From Candidatus Methylomirabilota bacterium (lineage in GTDB: Bacteria > Methylomirabilota > Methylomirabilia > Rokubacteriales > DASRDR01), in assembly GCA_036257195.1 (NCBI GenBank), contig DATAFX010000093.1:2308-66307 (forward strand): DNA of 64,000 bases, in the 5' to 3' direction. The notes beneath the pieces are model-generated. The model did not search any database. It was not told the origin of the DNA and saw nothing but the letters and a program-made list of their open reading frames with translations. Below, piece by piece: positions 29,306 to 37,915 of this stretch. A program made the position numbers and the translations under genes. Every line of letters starts with the position of its first letter. Position 1 is the first letter of the stretch.

Positions 29306-30826
29306 ATGCACGCTCCGGTGATCGATCTCCTCCGGGGAGGACTCCCGGCGCTCCTGGCCCTCGTGGCCGCGATCGTCGCGATACGGATCGTCTGCCGGCG
29401 GTCGACGCTCCGCCGTCTGTCGTTCGCGCTCTCCCTCATTGCCCTCACCGGGAGCGTCGCCCTCTTCCGGGCGCTGACGCCGGCCGAGGCGCCGCTCCTG
29501 GACCCCTACCTGCGCTTCCTCGTGCTGTTCTCCCTCGCCTACGGGGCGTTCAAGGTCGTCGAGGTGCTGGTCGTCGACCTCCTTCCCGGGCGGCGCGGCT
29601 CCCGCCAGGCGCCGGCGATCCTCCGCGACGTGGTCGCGGTCGTAATCGGGAGTTTCATCCTCGTGGTCCTGCTGCGGGCCAGCTTCGGCGTGGACGTTGC
29701 GGCGCTGGTCGCCACCTCGGCCGCCCTGTCGATCGTCCTCGGTCTGGCGCTCCAGGAGACGCTGTCGAACCTCTTCGCCGGGCTGGCCCTCATGCTCGAG
29801 CGTCCCTTCGAGCCCGGGGACTGGATCCAGATGGGGGACCTGATCGGCCAGGTCCAGGAGGTGAGCTGGCGCGCGGTGCGCCTCAAGCTCATCCGGCAGG
29901 AGGACTTCCTCGTCGTGCCGAACAGCGTGGTGGCCAAGTCGCACATCGTGAACATGAGCCAGCCCCTGCCGGTCCACGGCCACGCGATCGAGATCGGCGC
30001 TCCCTACTCGGAGCCGCCCGGCCGCGTGCGAGAAGCCCTGATCGAGGCGGCGCTCGACGTGGGCGGCGTCCTCCGCCAGCCGCCGCCTCGGGCCCGGATC
30101 GCCCGGTTCGACACCTCCGCGATCGTCTACCAGCTGGTGTACTACCTGGACGACTACCCGAGGATCCACGACATCCAGGGCGAGGTGCTGTCGCGCTGCT
30201 GGTACGCCTTCCGCCGCCATGGCATCGAGATCCCGTTCCCGGCCGCGGACGTGTTCTGGCGCGACGCGGTCAAGGTGACCGACGACGCGCGCGCGGCCGA
30301 GGTGCGCCGGATCGCCGACCTCCTGAGGGGGGTCGAGTTCCTCGAGGCGCTCACGTCCGAGCAGCTCGAACACCTCGCGTCGGAGGCGCGGATCGTGCCG
30401 TACCCGGTGGGCGGAGCGGTGGTACGCCAGGGAGACGAGGGAGATAGCCTGTTCCTCGTGGCTGGGGGGCGCGTCGAGGTCTCGGTGCACGCCCCGACCG
30501 GCGGAGCCGAGCGCCGCCTGGCCACCCTGGGCCCGGGAGACTACTTCGGCGAGATGTCGCTGCTGACCGGAGCGCCGCGTTCGGCGACGATCCGCGCCGT
30601 GGAGGAGACCGGCCTCGTGGTCCTCCGCAAGGAGGCCCTGCGGCCCCTGCTGGTTGCCGACCCGACCGTTCTCGAGCGCCTCTCCAAGACCCTGGCGCGC
30701 CGGCAGGCCGAGCGGGACGACGCGATCCATCGCGCGGCGACATCCGAGTACGAGGGGCCCGGAGCCGATCGGGCCGGCCACTTGCTCGGGCTGATGCGGC
30801 GGTTCTTCGGACTCATGGGTGGTTGA
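29306..30826 (+). CDS. MscS-family mechanosensitive channel with C-terminal cyclic-nucleotide-binding domain (bCNG-type)
   Basis: 3 TM helices plus an MscS beta-domain (GDWIQMGDLIGQVQEVSWRAVRLK...NMS), then a CAP-family cNMP domain (GDYFGEMSLL...RSATIRA). Confidence 0.85.
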   Translation: MHAPVIDLLRGGLPALLALVAAIVAIRIVCRRSTLRRLSFALSLIALTGSVALFRALTPAEAPLLDPYLRFLVLFSLAYGAFKVVEVLVVDLLPGRRGSRQAPAILRDVVAVVIGSFILVVLLRASFGVDVAALVATSAALSIVLGLALQETLSNLFAGLALMLERPFEPGDWIQMGDLIGQVQEVSWRAVRLKLIRQEDFLVVPNSVVAKSHIVNMSQPLPVHGHAIEIGAPYSEPPGRVREALIEAALDVGGVLRQPPPRARIARFDTSAIVYQLVYYLDDYPRIHDIQGEVLSRCWYAFRRHGIEIPFPAADVFWRDAVKVTDDARAAEVRRIADLLRGVEFLEALTSEQLEHLASEARIVPYPVGGAVVRQGDEGDSLFLVAGGRVEVSVHAPTGGAERRLATLGPGDYFGEMSLLTGAPRSATIRAVEETGLVVLRKEALRPLLVADPTVLERLSKTLARRQAERDDAIHRAATSEYEGPGADRAGHLLGLMRRFFGLMGG

Positions 30827-30859
30827 CGGCACGCGCTGACCGCGGCCGGAGGAGATTGG

Positions 30860-32275
30860 ATGGCGGAGGAGCAGAAGACGGACGAGAAGGAGCCGGTGGG
30901 CCTGCGACTGCCGCTCAAGCTCAAGCTCACCCTCCTGATCACGACCCTCCTCGTGCTGACGGTACTGCTCGTGAGCGTATTCCTGGTGCGGCAGGAGCAG
31001 GAGAGCCTCACGAACGAGATGACGAAGCGAGGCCGCACGATCGCCAGGGACCTCGCGAACGCGTCGAAGAATCCGATCCTGTCCAACGACGACCTGACCC
31101 TATCGCTGCTGGTGCAGGATGCCATGAAGGACCCTGATGTCGTCTACGTGGTCTTCGTGGACGCCGACGGCAAGGTGGTGGCGCATCCGGACCTCTCGCA
31201 GATCGGCCTGCGTGTCCAGCGGGCGAATGGCTTGCCGATGGCCGTTGGCGAGACCCAGGTCACGCAGTACGTCGACCCGAAGCACGGCAAGCTCATCGAC
31301 TTCGCGGTCCCGCTGGTGTTCAGCAAGGTATCGGTCGGGTCGCTGTATCTCGGGTTCAGCCGGAAGCCGATCGACCAGGCCACCGCCACCGCGCGGAACT
31401 CGACGATCGTCATCAGCGCCGCCATGATCGTCGTCGGGGTCCTCGGGGCGCTGGGCCTGGCCACCGTGCTGTCGGGGCCCGTGATGCGCCTGGTCGAGGG
31501 CACCCGCGCCGTCGCGGCCGGGAACTTCCAGATCCACCTGCCGGTTACCTCTCGGGACGAGATCGGCGCGCTGACCGAGTCGTTCAACCAAATGGCGAAG
31601 AACCTTCGCGAGAAGGAGATGATCAAGCGGGCGTTCACGCGCTACGTCGCCCGCCAGGTCGTCGACGAGATCCTGAAGGATCCCGAGAAGCTCGCCCTGA
31701 AAGAGGAGCGCCGGGACGTCACCGTGCTCTTCTGTGACATGCGAGGCTTCACGTCCCTGGCCGAGCGCCTGTCGCCGGAAGAAGTCGTCGGCGTGCTCAA
31801 CGACTTCTACACGCTGATGGTGGACACCACGGCGAAGAACGACGGCATCGTGGACAAGTTCCTCGGCGATGGGGTCATGGCCATCTTTGGGGCGCCGATC
31901 GTCCACGAGGATCACCCCACTCGCGCTGTGAAGACCGCGATCGCGATGCAGGCAGGGGTGGCGGAGCTGTCGCGGAAGCGGGCGCGGGACGGCAAGGACC
32001 CGATTGCGGTCGGCATCGGTGTGAGCGCCGGCGAGGCCGTGGCAGGGACGGTCGGTACCGAGGATCGGATGGAGTACACCGTTATCGGCGACAGCGTCAA
32101 CTTGGCGGCGCGGCTCGAATCCAACGCCAAGCCGGGCCAGATCCTGATCAGCCAGCGCACCTTCCAGCGGGTGGACGGCGTCGTGAATGTCCGCACGCTG
32201 GGCGTCATCCGGGTGAAGGGCAAGGAGGAGCAGGTCGAGGTCTACGAGGTCCTCGGCTTGGCGCAGGGAGCGTGA
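30860..32275 (+). CDS. Class III adenylate/guanylate cyclase with periplasmic sensor and HAMP domain
   Basis: TM, extracytoplasmic domain, second TM, HAMP (LTESFNQMAKNL) and a cyclase domain (VTVLFCDMRGFT...FLGDGVMAIFGAP...TVIGDSVNLAARLES). Confidence 0.9.
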   Translation: MAEEQKTDEKEPVGLRLPLKLKLTLLITTLLVLTVLLVSVFLVRQEQESLTNEMTKRGRTIARDLANASKNPILSNDDLTLSLLVQDAMKDPDVVYVVFVDADGKVVAHPDLSQIGLRVQRANGLPMAVGETQVTQYVDPKHGKLIDFAVPLVFSKVSVGSLYLGFSRKPIDQATATARNSTIVISAAMIVVGVLGALGLATVLSGPVMRLVEGTRAVAAGNFQIHLPVTSRDEIGALTESFNQMAKNLREKEMIKRAFTRYVARQVVDEILKDPEKLALKEERRDVTVLFCDMRGFTSLAERLSPEEVVGVLNDFYTLMVDTTAKNDGIVDKFLGDGVMAIFGAPIVHEDHPTRAVKTAIAMQAGVAELSRKRARDGKDPIAVGIGVSAGEAVAGTVGTEDRMEYTVIGDSVNLAARLESNAKPGQILISQRTFQRVDGVVNVRTLGVIRVKGKEEQVEVYEVLGLAQGA

Positions 32276-32321
32276 GACTATCGAAGGGGGCGCCACCCCG
32301 GGCCGGCGCGGCGAGGTATAG

Positions 32322-33443
32322 ATGAAGGAGACATCGATGGTTTGGACCCGCTCGAGACGCCTGCTCGCGCTCGGCGCTGCCGCGAGCATACTGGTAGCTT
32401 GCGCGGCGGCTCCTCCTGCGCCCACGGGGACGTCGACGGCGCCTCCCCCGGGCGCGCCGACCAGTCCGCCCGTCGCGACCCGCCCCGCGCCGGCCCCGAC
32501 CCCCGCCCGGCCGTCTCCATCGACTCCGGCCGAGCCGCTCCCGGAAGCGTTCGAGTCGGATGACTTCGTGGTCGTCCTCGCGAAGGCCGGTGACACGGCT
32601 GCGAGCCTCTCCCGCCGGTACTTGGGAGACGAGGCGAAGGCCTGGCTGATCGAGGACTACAACGGGACGGCGACCTTCACGCCGGGCCGCGAGGTGGTGA
32701 TCCCGAAGCGGCCGTGGAATCCCTCGGGTGTGGAGTCGCGGGGGTACCAGCTGGTGCCGATCCTCTGCTACCACAACCTGGGGCCGCAGACCCGGGGCCG
32801 GCTCCTCCTCGCGGCGAGCGTGTTCGAGGAGCAGATGCGGTATCTCAAGCGCGAGGGCTTCCACGTCATCACGCTCAGGCAGTTCCTCGACTTCGTGGCG
32901 CTCCGGCAGCAGCTCCCACGCAAGACTGTCGTGCTCACGTTCGACGACGGCTGGAAGTCCTTCAAGGAGTACGCGTATCCGATCCTCAAGGAGCTGGGAT
33001 ACCCGGCCACCCTGTTCATCTACACGGACTTCATCGGCGCCCGGATCGCCCTGTCGTGGCCGGAGCTCAAGGATCTGGCCCAGGAAGGCTTCGACATCCA
33101 GGCCCACTCGAAGTCGCACGACGACATGCGTCGAAAGACGAACGAGTCCGACGAGGAGTATGGCCGGCGGATGCAGGCGGAGCTCGTGCAGCCCCTCGCG
33201 GTCTTCCAGCAGCGCGTCGGCCAGCCGGCGAAGATCCTCGCGTACCCGTACGGCTCCCACAACGAGGAAGTGGTCAAGCGCGTCCGCGAGGCCGGGTACA
33301 TCGCCGCGCTCGACGTGCGGCGGCAGGGGAACCCGTCGTTTACGCCGCCGCTCACCATCCATCGGGCGCAGATCTACTCCGAGATGAGCATGGAGGAGTT
33401 TGTCCGCAACCTGACCGTGTTCAACGAGGAGGCGATCCGGTGA
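32322..33443 (+). CDS. Polysaccharide deacetylase (NodB-homology) lipoprotein
   Basis: Lipobox ILVAC, a Pro/Ala-rich linker, and the NodB motifs TFDDGW and HSKSHDD. Confidence 0.85.
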   Translation: MKETSMVWTRSRRLLALGAAASILVACAAAPPAPTGTSTAPPPGAPTSPPVATRPAPAPTPARPSPSTPAEPLPEAFESDDFVVVLAKAGDTAASLSRRYLGDEAKAWLIEDYNGTATFTPGREVVIPKRPWNPSGVESRGYQLVPILCYHNLGPQTRGRLLLAASVFEEQMRYLKREGFHVITLRQFLDFVALRQQLPRKTVVLTFDDGWKSFKEYAYPILKELGYPATLFIYTDFIGARIALSWPELKDLAQEGFDIQAHSKSHDDMRRKTNESDEEYGRRMQAELVQPLAVFQQRVGQPAKILAYPYGSHNEEVVKRVREAGYIAALDVRRQGNPSFTPPLTIHRAQIYSEMSMEEFVRNLTVFNEEAIR

Positions 33444-34657
33444 TCGCGGGTCGCCGCGGCCGATCGTTCCTCGCTGCCGCGCTCGCCCTCCTGCTGGGCG
33501 CCTGCGCGGCGGGGACGCCTCCTCCGAGCCCGGCGCCCACGCCCCCGCCGGCGGCGGCCGCGCCCGCGGCGCCGGCGGCGCCTCCGCCCGCGGCGTCACC
33601 GACGCCGGCCGCCCCCGCCCCGCCGTCCCCACGCCAGCAGCTGGCCGCCGGGCACGTGAATCGGGCTCGACAGCTCGAGGGCAGCGGAGATCTCCGACAA
33701 GCCCTCGACGAGTGGAAGATCGCGCTGACGATCGATCCCGCCGACCGGGCCGCGCAGGCGGGACGCCGTCAGCTCGAGGCGCGCATGGACCGCTCGATCA
33801 GCGAGCGGCTCGGCCAGGGACGCGACGCCATCGGGAAGGGTGACCACCTGGAAGCACGGCGGCACTTCCTCGCGGTGCTCGCCATGGATCCCGCGAACCA
33901 GGCGGCCTTCTCGGCGCTGCAGAACGACGTGAAAGAGATTCGATTCGTCCCGCACACGGTCAAGGCGGGGGAGACGCTGGCCACGATCGCCGAGCGCTAT
34001 TACGGCGACCGGGTCCGGTCGGAGGTGATCTGGGAGACGAACCAGCTGCCGCCCAACCCGCGGTTGAGCGCCGGTATGGTCCTCAAGATCCCGGAGATCC
34101 CCGGCGTGCCGTTCGTCCTGCCGGAGCTTCGGCCGAAGCCCCCGGAGCCGGTGGCCCGGCCGGACGCGCCGGCGCCGGACACGACTCGCCCGAGCGAGGT
34201 GGTCGAGATCAACCCGCTTCTTGTGGGGGCCCGGGAGTCCCTGGAGAAGGGGGAGTACCAGGTGGCACTGGCCGACGTGGACCGCGTGCTCGCGGGCAAC
34301 ACCCAGAATCCCGATGCGGCCGAGCTGAAGAAGGTCATTCTATACGGGCTCGGAAAGAGCCAGCTCGGGCAGCGAAAGTACGAAGAGTCCGTCCGCACGC
34401 TCCTCCAGCTGACGCGTCTCGCGCCGGGCTACCAGGACTCTCCCACGCTGCTCAAGCAGGCGCGGGAGCGAGCGGCCCAGCAGCACTACGCGCAGGGGCT
34501 CCAGCTCTACCGCGAGGAGAAGCTCGAGGACGCCATCACCCAGTGGAAAGCGGTGCTCGAGTACGAGCCCGAGCACGCCAATGCGAAGAAGAACATCGAG
34601 CAAGCCGAGCGCCTGCTGAAGAGCCTACAGCAGCGGCAGCAGCCGAAAAAGCCCTAG
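33440..34657 (+). CDS. Lipoprotein with LysM domain and TPR repeats
   Basis: GTGA-coupled start, lipobox LLGAC, a Pro/Ala linker, TPR-like helices and LysM (HTVKAGETLATIAERYYGD...NPRLSAGMVLKIP). Confidence 0.75.
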   Translation: MIAGRRGRSFLAAALALLLGACAAGTPPPSPAPTPPPAAAAPAAPAAPPPAASPTPAAPAPPSPRQQLAAGHVNRARQLEGSGDLRQALDEWKIALTIDPADRAAQAGRRQLEARMDRSISERLGQGRDAIGKGDHLEARRHFLAVLAMDPANQAAFSALQNDVKEIRFVPHTVKAGETLATIAERYYGDRVRSEVIWETNQLPPNPRLSAGMVLKIPEIPGVPFVLPELRPKPPEPVARPDAPAPDTTRPSEVVEINPLLVGARESLEKGEYQVALADVDRVLAGNTQNPDAAELKKVILYGLGKSQLGQRKYEESVRTLLQLTRLAPGYQDSPTLLKQARERAAQQHYAQGLQLYREEKLEDAITQWKAVLEYEPEHANAKKNIEQAERLLKSLQQRQQPKKP

Positions 34658-34658
34658 C

Positions 34659-35261
34659 CTAGGCGCTCGTCTCGGTGCCGAGGATCGCCAGGAAGTGCTT
34701 GACGATCTCGGGGTCGAGTTGTGAGCCCGCGCCCTCCTGGAGCCTTCGCGTGGCCTCCTCAGCGGAGAGCGCCCGCCGGTAGGCGCGGTGGTGCGTCATC
34801 GCCTCGTACGTCTCGGCGACCAGGATGATCCGCGAAAACAGCGGAATCTCGTCGCCCCGGAGGCCTTCCGGGTACCCACTGCCGTCGAACCGCTCGTGGT
34901 GGTGGCGTACGGCCCGGGCGATCTCGCCGAGCGGCGGCTGGGACGCGAAGATCTCGGCCCCGCGGACGGGGTGAACCCGCACTTCCTCCATCTCGTCCTC
35001 GGCGAGCACCGAAGGCTTCCGGAGGATGTACTCGGGTGTCGACAAGTACCCGACGTCGTGGAAGGCCGCCGCGACGAAGAGCATGAGCCGATCTCGGGAT
35101 GGGAGCCCCATCGAGTTGGCGATCTTCTCGCAGTACGCCGCCACCCGGGAAGAGTGCCCTGCCATGTAGGGATCGCTGGCGTGAGTGGCATCGGCCACGG
35201 CGCGCACGACGTGAAACAGAAGCTGCTCGCTCTCGCGATCGAGATCTCCGAGCTGCGCCAC
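34659..35261 (-). CDS. HD-GYP domain phosphohydrolase (probable c-di-GMP phosphodiesterase)
   Basis: About 200 aa from a GTG: VAQLGDLDRESEQLLFHVV.... HD motif AAAFHDVGY and HHHERFDGSGYPEGL (GYP). The upstream 110 aa of the ORF are Pro/Arg junk. Confidence 0.8.
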   Translation of the reverse strand: MAQLGDLDRESEQLLFHVVRAVADATHASDPYMAGHSSRVAAYCEKIANSMGLPSRDRLMLFVAAAFHDVGYLSTPEYILRKPSVLAEDEMEEVRVHPVRGAEIFASQPPLGEIARAVRHHHERFDGSGYPEGLRGDEIPLFSRIILVAETYEAMTHHRAYRRALSAEEATRRLQEGAGSQLDPEIVKHFLAILGTETSA

Positions 35262-35428
35262 TTTCCCTCCCGCCTCCGGGCGTCGTGCGCCCGACGTGCA
35301 GCCAGGCTTGGCGGACACTCTAGCCCTCTCCCGCGACCGGACGCAAGGGAATCGGCGGGCTTCGTTCCCGCTCGCGGCCGGGCGCCCGCCGCCCCCCCCG
35401 ACGGCGCGCGGCCCTATACTAGTGAGCT

Positions 35429-35806
35429 GTGAGCGATCCGATCCCGGCCTGGGCGTGGGTCCTGATCGAGGACTACGTGGACCGGTCCCTCGAGGGTCGC
35501 GGTACGGCGAGCCCGACGGCGATGGAAACGCTGGCCGAGGTGGCGCGACTGTGGCCCGATCTGTCGTGCACGATTCTGGTCCAGGAGCCATGGCAGGGTA
35601 CGGTCCGCTTCAAGCGGCTTCTCCGCCTGCGCGGTGACGCGATGCGGCCGTTCCTGGAAGCCCCGGAGGCGTTCATCCGGGACCGCTTCGGCGGCGGGAA
35701 GTTCAAGCTGAACATCCACCACGGCATGCACTTCGTGAACACCAAGAACTTCAAGCCCGAGGGTCCGGCGCGCTGGCAGGCGGTCCCCGAGCTCGTGGAG
35801 GACTGA
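35429..35806 (+). CDS. Hypothetical protein
   Basis: 125 aa with balanced composition (MSDPIPAWAWVLIEDYVDRSLEGRG...). GTG start. First of three tightly packed unknown ORFs. Confidence 0.5.
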   Translation: MSDPIPAWAWVLIEDYVDRSLEGRGTASPTAMETLAEVARLWPDLSCTILVQEPWQGTVRFKRLLRLRGDAMRPFLEAPEAFIRDRFGGGKFKLNIHHGMHFVNTKNFKPEGPARWQAVPELVED

Positions 35807-35807
35807 C

Positions 35808-36068
35808 ATGGCCGAGGACGCGACGCGACGGCTCCTAAGGGTCTTCGGCATCGCGGTAACGGAATGCGAGGACGCACTCGACCTCGTGGAGGTCACCCTC
35901 CGCGACCAGGGCCCGGGCGCGGCGTCCGGTCCGTCGCTGGAGGCCTACGAGCGGGCTGCCCGCGAGCTCGAGACCCGCTGGACGGAGGTCGAACGCCTGA
36001 TCCAGGGCTATCAGTCCCGGGCGCGCGCGGCGCTCCTGGCGGGCCTCCGAACGCGCGGCGTCGCCTGA
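35808..36068 (+). CDS. Hypothetical small protein
   Basis: 86 aa. The ATG lies 2 nt after the upstream stop. Helical composition. Confidence 0.4.
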   Translation: MAEDATRRLLRVFGIAVTECEDALDLVEVTLRDQGPGAASGPSLEAYERAARELETRWTEVERLIQGYQSRARAALLAGLRTRGVA

Positions 36069-36081
36069 GGCGGGGGTATCC

Positions 36082-36501
36082 GTGACCCGCGATCGTTTGC
36101 TCCGCCCGCGCTGGCTGGTTTGGTTCCTGATCGCCTGGAGTTTCGCCATCGCCTCGGTTCCGCGCCTGTCCGAGGCCGCGCCGCTCCCCCCGATCCGAAG
36201 CGCCGATGCCTCCGGTGACCGCGGGGCGATCCACGCGCTGCTCGAGCGTCGCCTCGTTCGCGCGCAGCTCGCCGCCCTCGGGGTGTCGGAGGCGGAGGCC
36301 GCGAAGCTCTGGGAGCGCCTCACCCCGGCCGAGCGCGCGGAGCTGACGGCGCGAGCGGACGAGCTCGGCGCGGGCGGCGATCCAGTCGCCGCGGGGATCG
36401 CGATCGCCATCGTCGTGGCGATGTTCGTGATCCTCGCCCTCGAGCTCATCGGCCGCCGCGTCATCTCCCAGCCGGAGGGAGCCTCCGGGGTCAAGCCTTG
36501 A
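36082..36501 (+). CDS. Hypothetical exported/membrane-anchored protein
   Basis: 139 aa with an N-terminal signal-like helix (WLVWFLIAWSFAIASVP) and a C-terminal TM (AAGIAIAIVVAMFVILALELIG). Confidence 0.45.
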   Translation: MTRDRLLRPRWLVWFLIAWSFAIASVPRLSEAAPLPPIRSADASGDRGAIHALLERRLVRAQLAALGVSEAEAAKLWERLTPAERAELTARADELGAGGDPVAAGIAIAIVVAMFVILALELIGRRVISQPEGASGVKP

Positions 36502-36593
36502 AGGGGGTCAGGCCTTGACTTTGACTCCCCGACACTCTGGCGGAGATGGCCGATGGGCGAGATGCATGGAAGACAAAGTCAAGGCCTGACCCC
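36490..36593. promoter_or_regulatory. Reiterated near-palindrome GTCA(A)GGCCTTGAC forming a 20-bp perfect inverted repeat around the start of the downstream gene
   Basis: GGGGTCAGGCCTTGACTTTG (36504-36523) is the exact reverse complement of CAAAGTCAAGGCCTGACCCC (36574-36593). A third degenerate copy GTCAAGCCTTGAA sits at 36490-36502. TTGACTTTGACT is a tandem repeat. The putative ATG at 36553 lies in the 50-nt spacer. Confidence 0.6.
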
Positions 36594-37413
36594 GAGGCGC
36601 GATGCGAGCGGGGTGCTGGTCGCGGTGCCGGCGCGTCCCACGCGCATCGTGTCGCTCGTCCCGAGCGTCACGGAGCTCCTGTTCACGCTCGGGCTGGACG
36701 ACCGGATTGCCGGCGTCACCGTTTTCTGAACCGAGCCACGGGCCAGGGTGGCCCGGGTCTCCAAGGTCGGCCGCGAGAAGGATCCCGACCTCGCCCGCAT
36801 CCGGGCGCTGACGCCAGATCTGGTCGTCGCCAACATGGAGGAGAACCGCCGCGACGTGGTGGACGCCCTGCGCGGGGCGGGCGTCGCGGTGTGGGTCACG
36901 TTTCCTCGGACCGTGGCGGAGGGAATCGAGCTCGTCCGGGAACTCGGGGCGCTGACCGCGGCGGAGGCGGCGGCCGAGCCGCTGGCCCGGTCACTCGAAA
37001 CGACCCGCGCGACGGTCCTGGCCCGCATGGCCGGGCGATCCCGGGCCCGCGTGTTCTGTCCGATTTGGCGCGGCCCCTACATGACGGTCAACCGGGACAC
37101 CTACGTCCACGACATGCTGGTGACCTGCGGTGGCGAGAACGTGTTCGCCGATCAGACGGCGCGCTACCCGACGGTGACCCTCGACGCCGTGCGCTCCGCC
37201 GCGCCGGACGTCATCCTGCTGCCGGACGAGCCCTTCCGGTTCCGCGCCGCGCACCGGGCGGACTTCGCGCCGCTGGCCGACGTGCCGGCCGTCCGGGCCG
37301 GTCGGATCCACTTGGTGGATGGCAAGCTACTCAGCTGGTACGGGCCGCGGATCGCCGAGGCGCTGGAGCGGCTACCCGCCCTCCTTTCCGGAGGCGCCCG
37401 GCTCGATCGGTGA
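36553..37413 (+). CDS. BtuF-like (PBP type III fold; cd01144-like) binding protein with in-frame TGA at 36727-36729. Candidate selenocysteine codon or disrupted pseudogene. No signal peptide.
   Basis: Frame from ATG 36553: MGEMHGRQSQGLTPRRDASGVLVAVPARPTRIVSLVPSVTELLFTLGLDDRIAGVTVF-TGA-TEPRARVARVSKVGREKDPDLARIRALTPDLVVANMEEN...GGENVFAD.... This is collinear with BtuF (RVITLSPANTELAFAAG..VGVS.YSDYP...). The TGA falls where homologues have FC(D/N/T)YP. The downstream part is the listed ORF 36748..37413. Confidence 0.55.
36739..36755 (+). other. GC hairpin CGGGCC-AGGGU-GGCCCG starting 10 nt after the in-frame UGA. Candidate bacterial SECIS-like element.
   Basis: A perfect 6-bp stem with apical loop AGGGU. 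It is extensible with a bulged A (gcc-a-cgggcc / ggcccg-ggu). The spacing matches fdhF-type SECIS geometry. Confidence 0.3.
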
Positions 37414-37906
37414 GGGCGAGTGGCTCGCGGGCGGCCCGACGGCGCGCCTCGAGCACGAGCTCGACCTCCACCGGCATCCCGCCCGCCAGGCCCTGAACCG
37501 ACCGGAGGCACGCGACAGGAGGGGCTCCCGCCGGCAGGACCGCCGCCAGGAGCGCGAGACTGTCCGCGAGGAGCGCCGGCGTGAGGCCGTCGGACGTCAC
37601 GCTCGAGACGAAGCCCACGAGAACCACGCAGCGCAGATGATCCAGCGAGCCGACCGACGCGCGGGCGGCTGCCAAGGCGTTCTGCGTGGCCAGGTGCAAG
37701 GCGCGGGCGGTGTCCTCGATCGACACCGAGCGGCCCATGCGGCCCCGGTGGGCGAGCCGGCCGTCCCGCTCAGGATCGTGCCCGGCGACGAACAGCCGGG
37801 CGCCGGAGCGCACGACGGGCACGTACTGATCCGTCGGAGGCGTCGGGGCGATTCCCGCTAGGGGATCGGGCCGCGCGGGACGCCGACGCGGCCTGGCCGA
37901 GGCCAT
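37331..37906 (-). CDS. RidA/YjgF/TdcF-family protein (paralog 1)
   Basis: The core ...YVPVVRSGARLFVAGHDPERDGRLAHRGRMGRSVSIEDTARALHLATQNALAAA...GGMPVEVELVLEA matches the RidA fold. The Arg-rich N- and C-terminal tails are of doubtful reality. The 3' end overlaps the convergent gene. Confidence 0.65.
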   Translation of the reverse strand: MASARPRRRPARPDPLAGIAPTPPTDQYVPVVRSGARLFVAGHDPERDGRLAHRGRMGRSVSIEDTARALHLATQNALAAARASVGSLDHLRCVVLVGFVSSVTSDGLTPALLADSLALLAAVLPAGAPPVACLRSVQGLAGGMPVEVELVLEARRRAAREPLALTDRAGRLRKGGRVAAPAPRRSAARTS

Positions 37907-37915
37907 CGATTGGGC

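Noticed and set aside
36480-36600. Considered a cobalamin riboswitch upstream of the BtuF-like gene
   Set aside because: I cannot find a B12-box-like consensus or the expected multi-stem architecture. The structure is a simple long inverted repeat, better explained as an operator or hairpin.
36546-37496. 316-aa + ORF (MADGRDAWKTKSRPDPEARCERGAG...)
   Set aside because: It is in a different frame from the BtuF-like reading frame. Arg/Gly-rich with no fold similarity. The BtuF-like frame, with recognisable motifs before and after the TGA, explains this region better.
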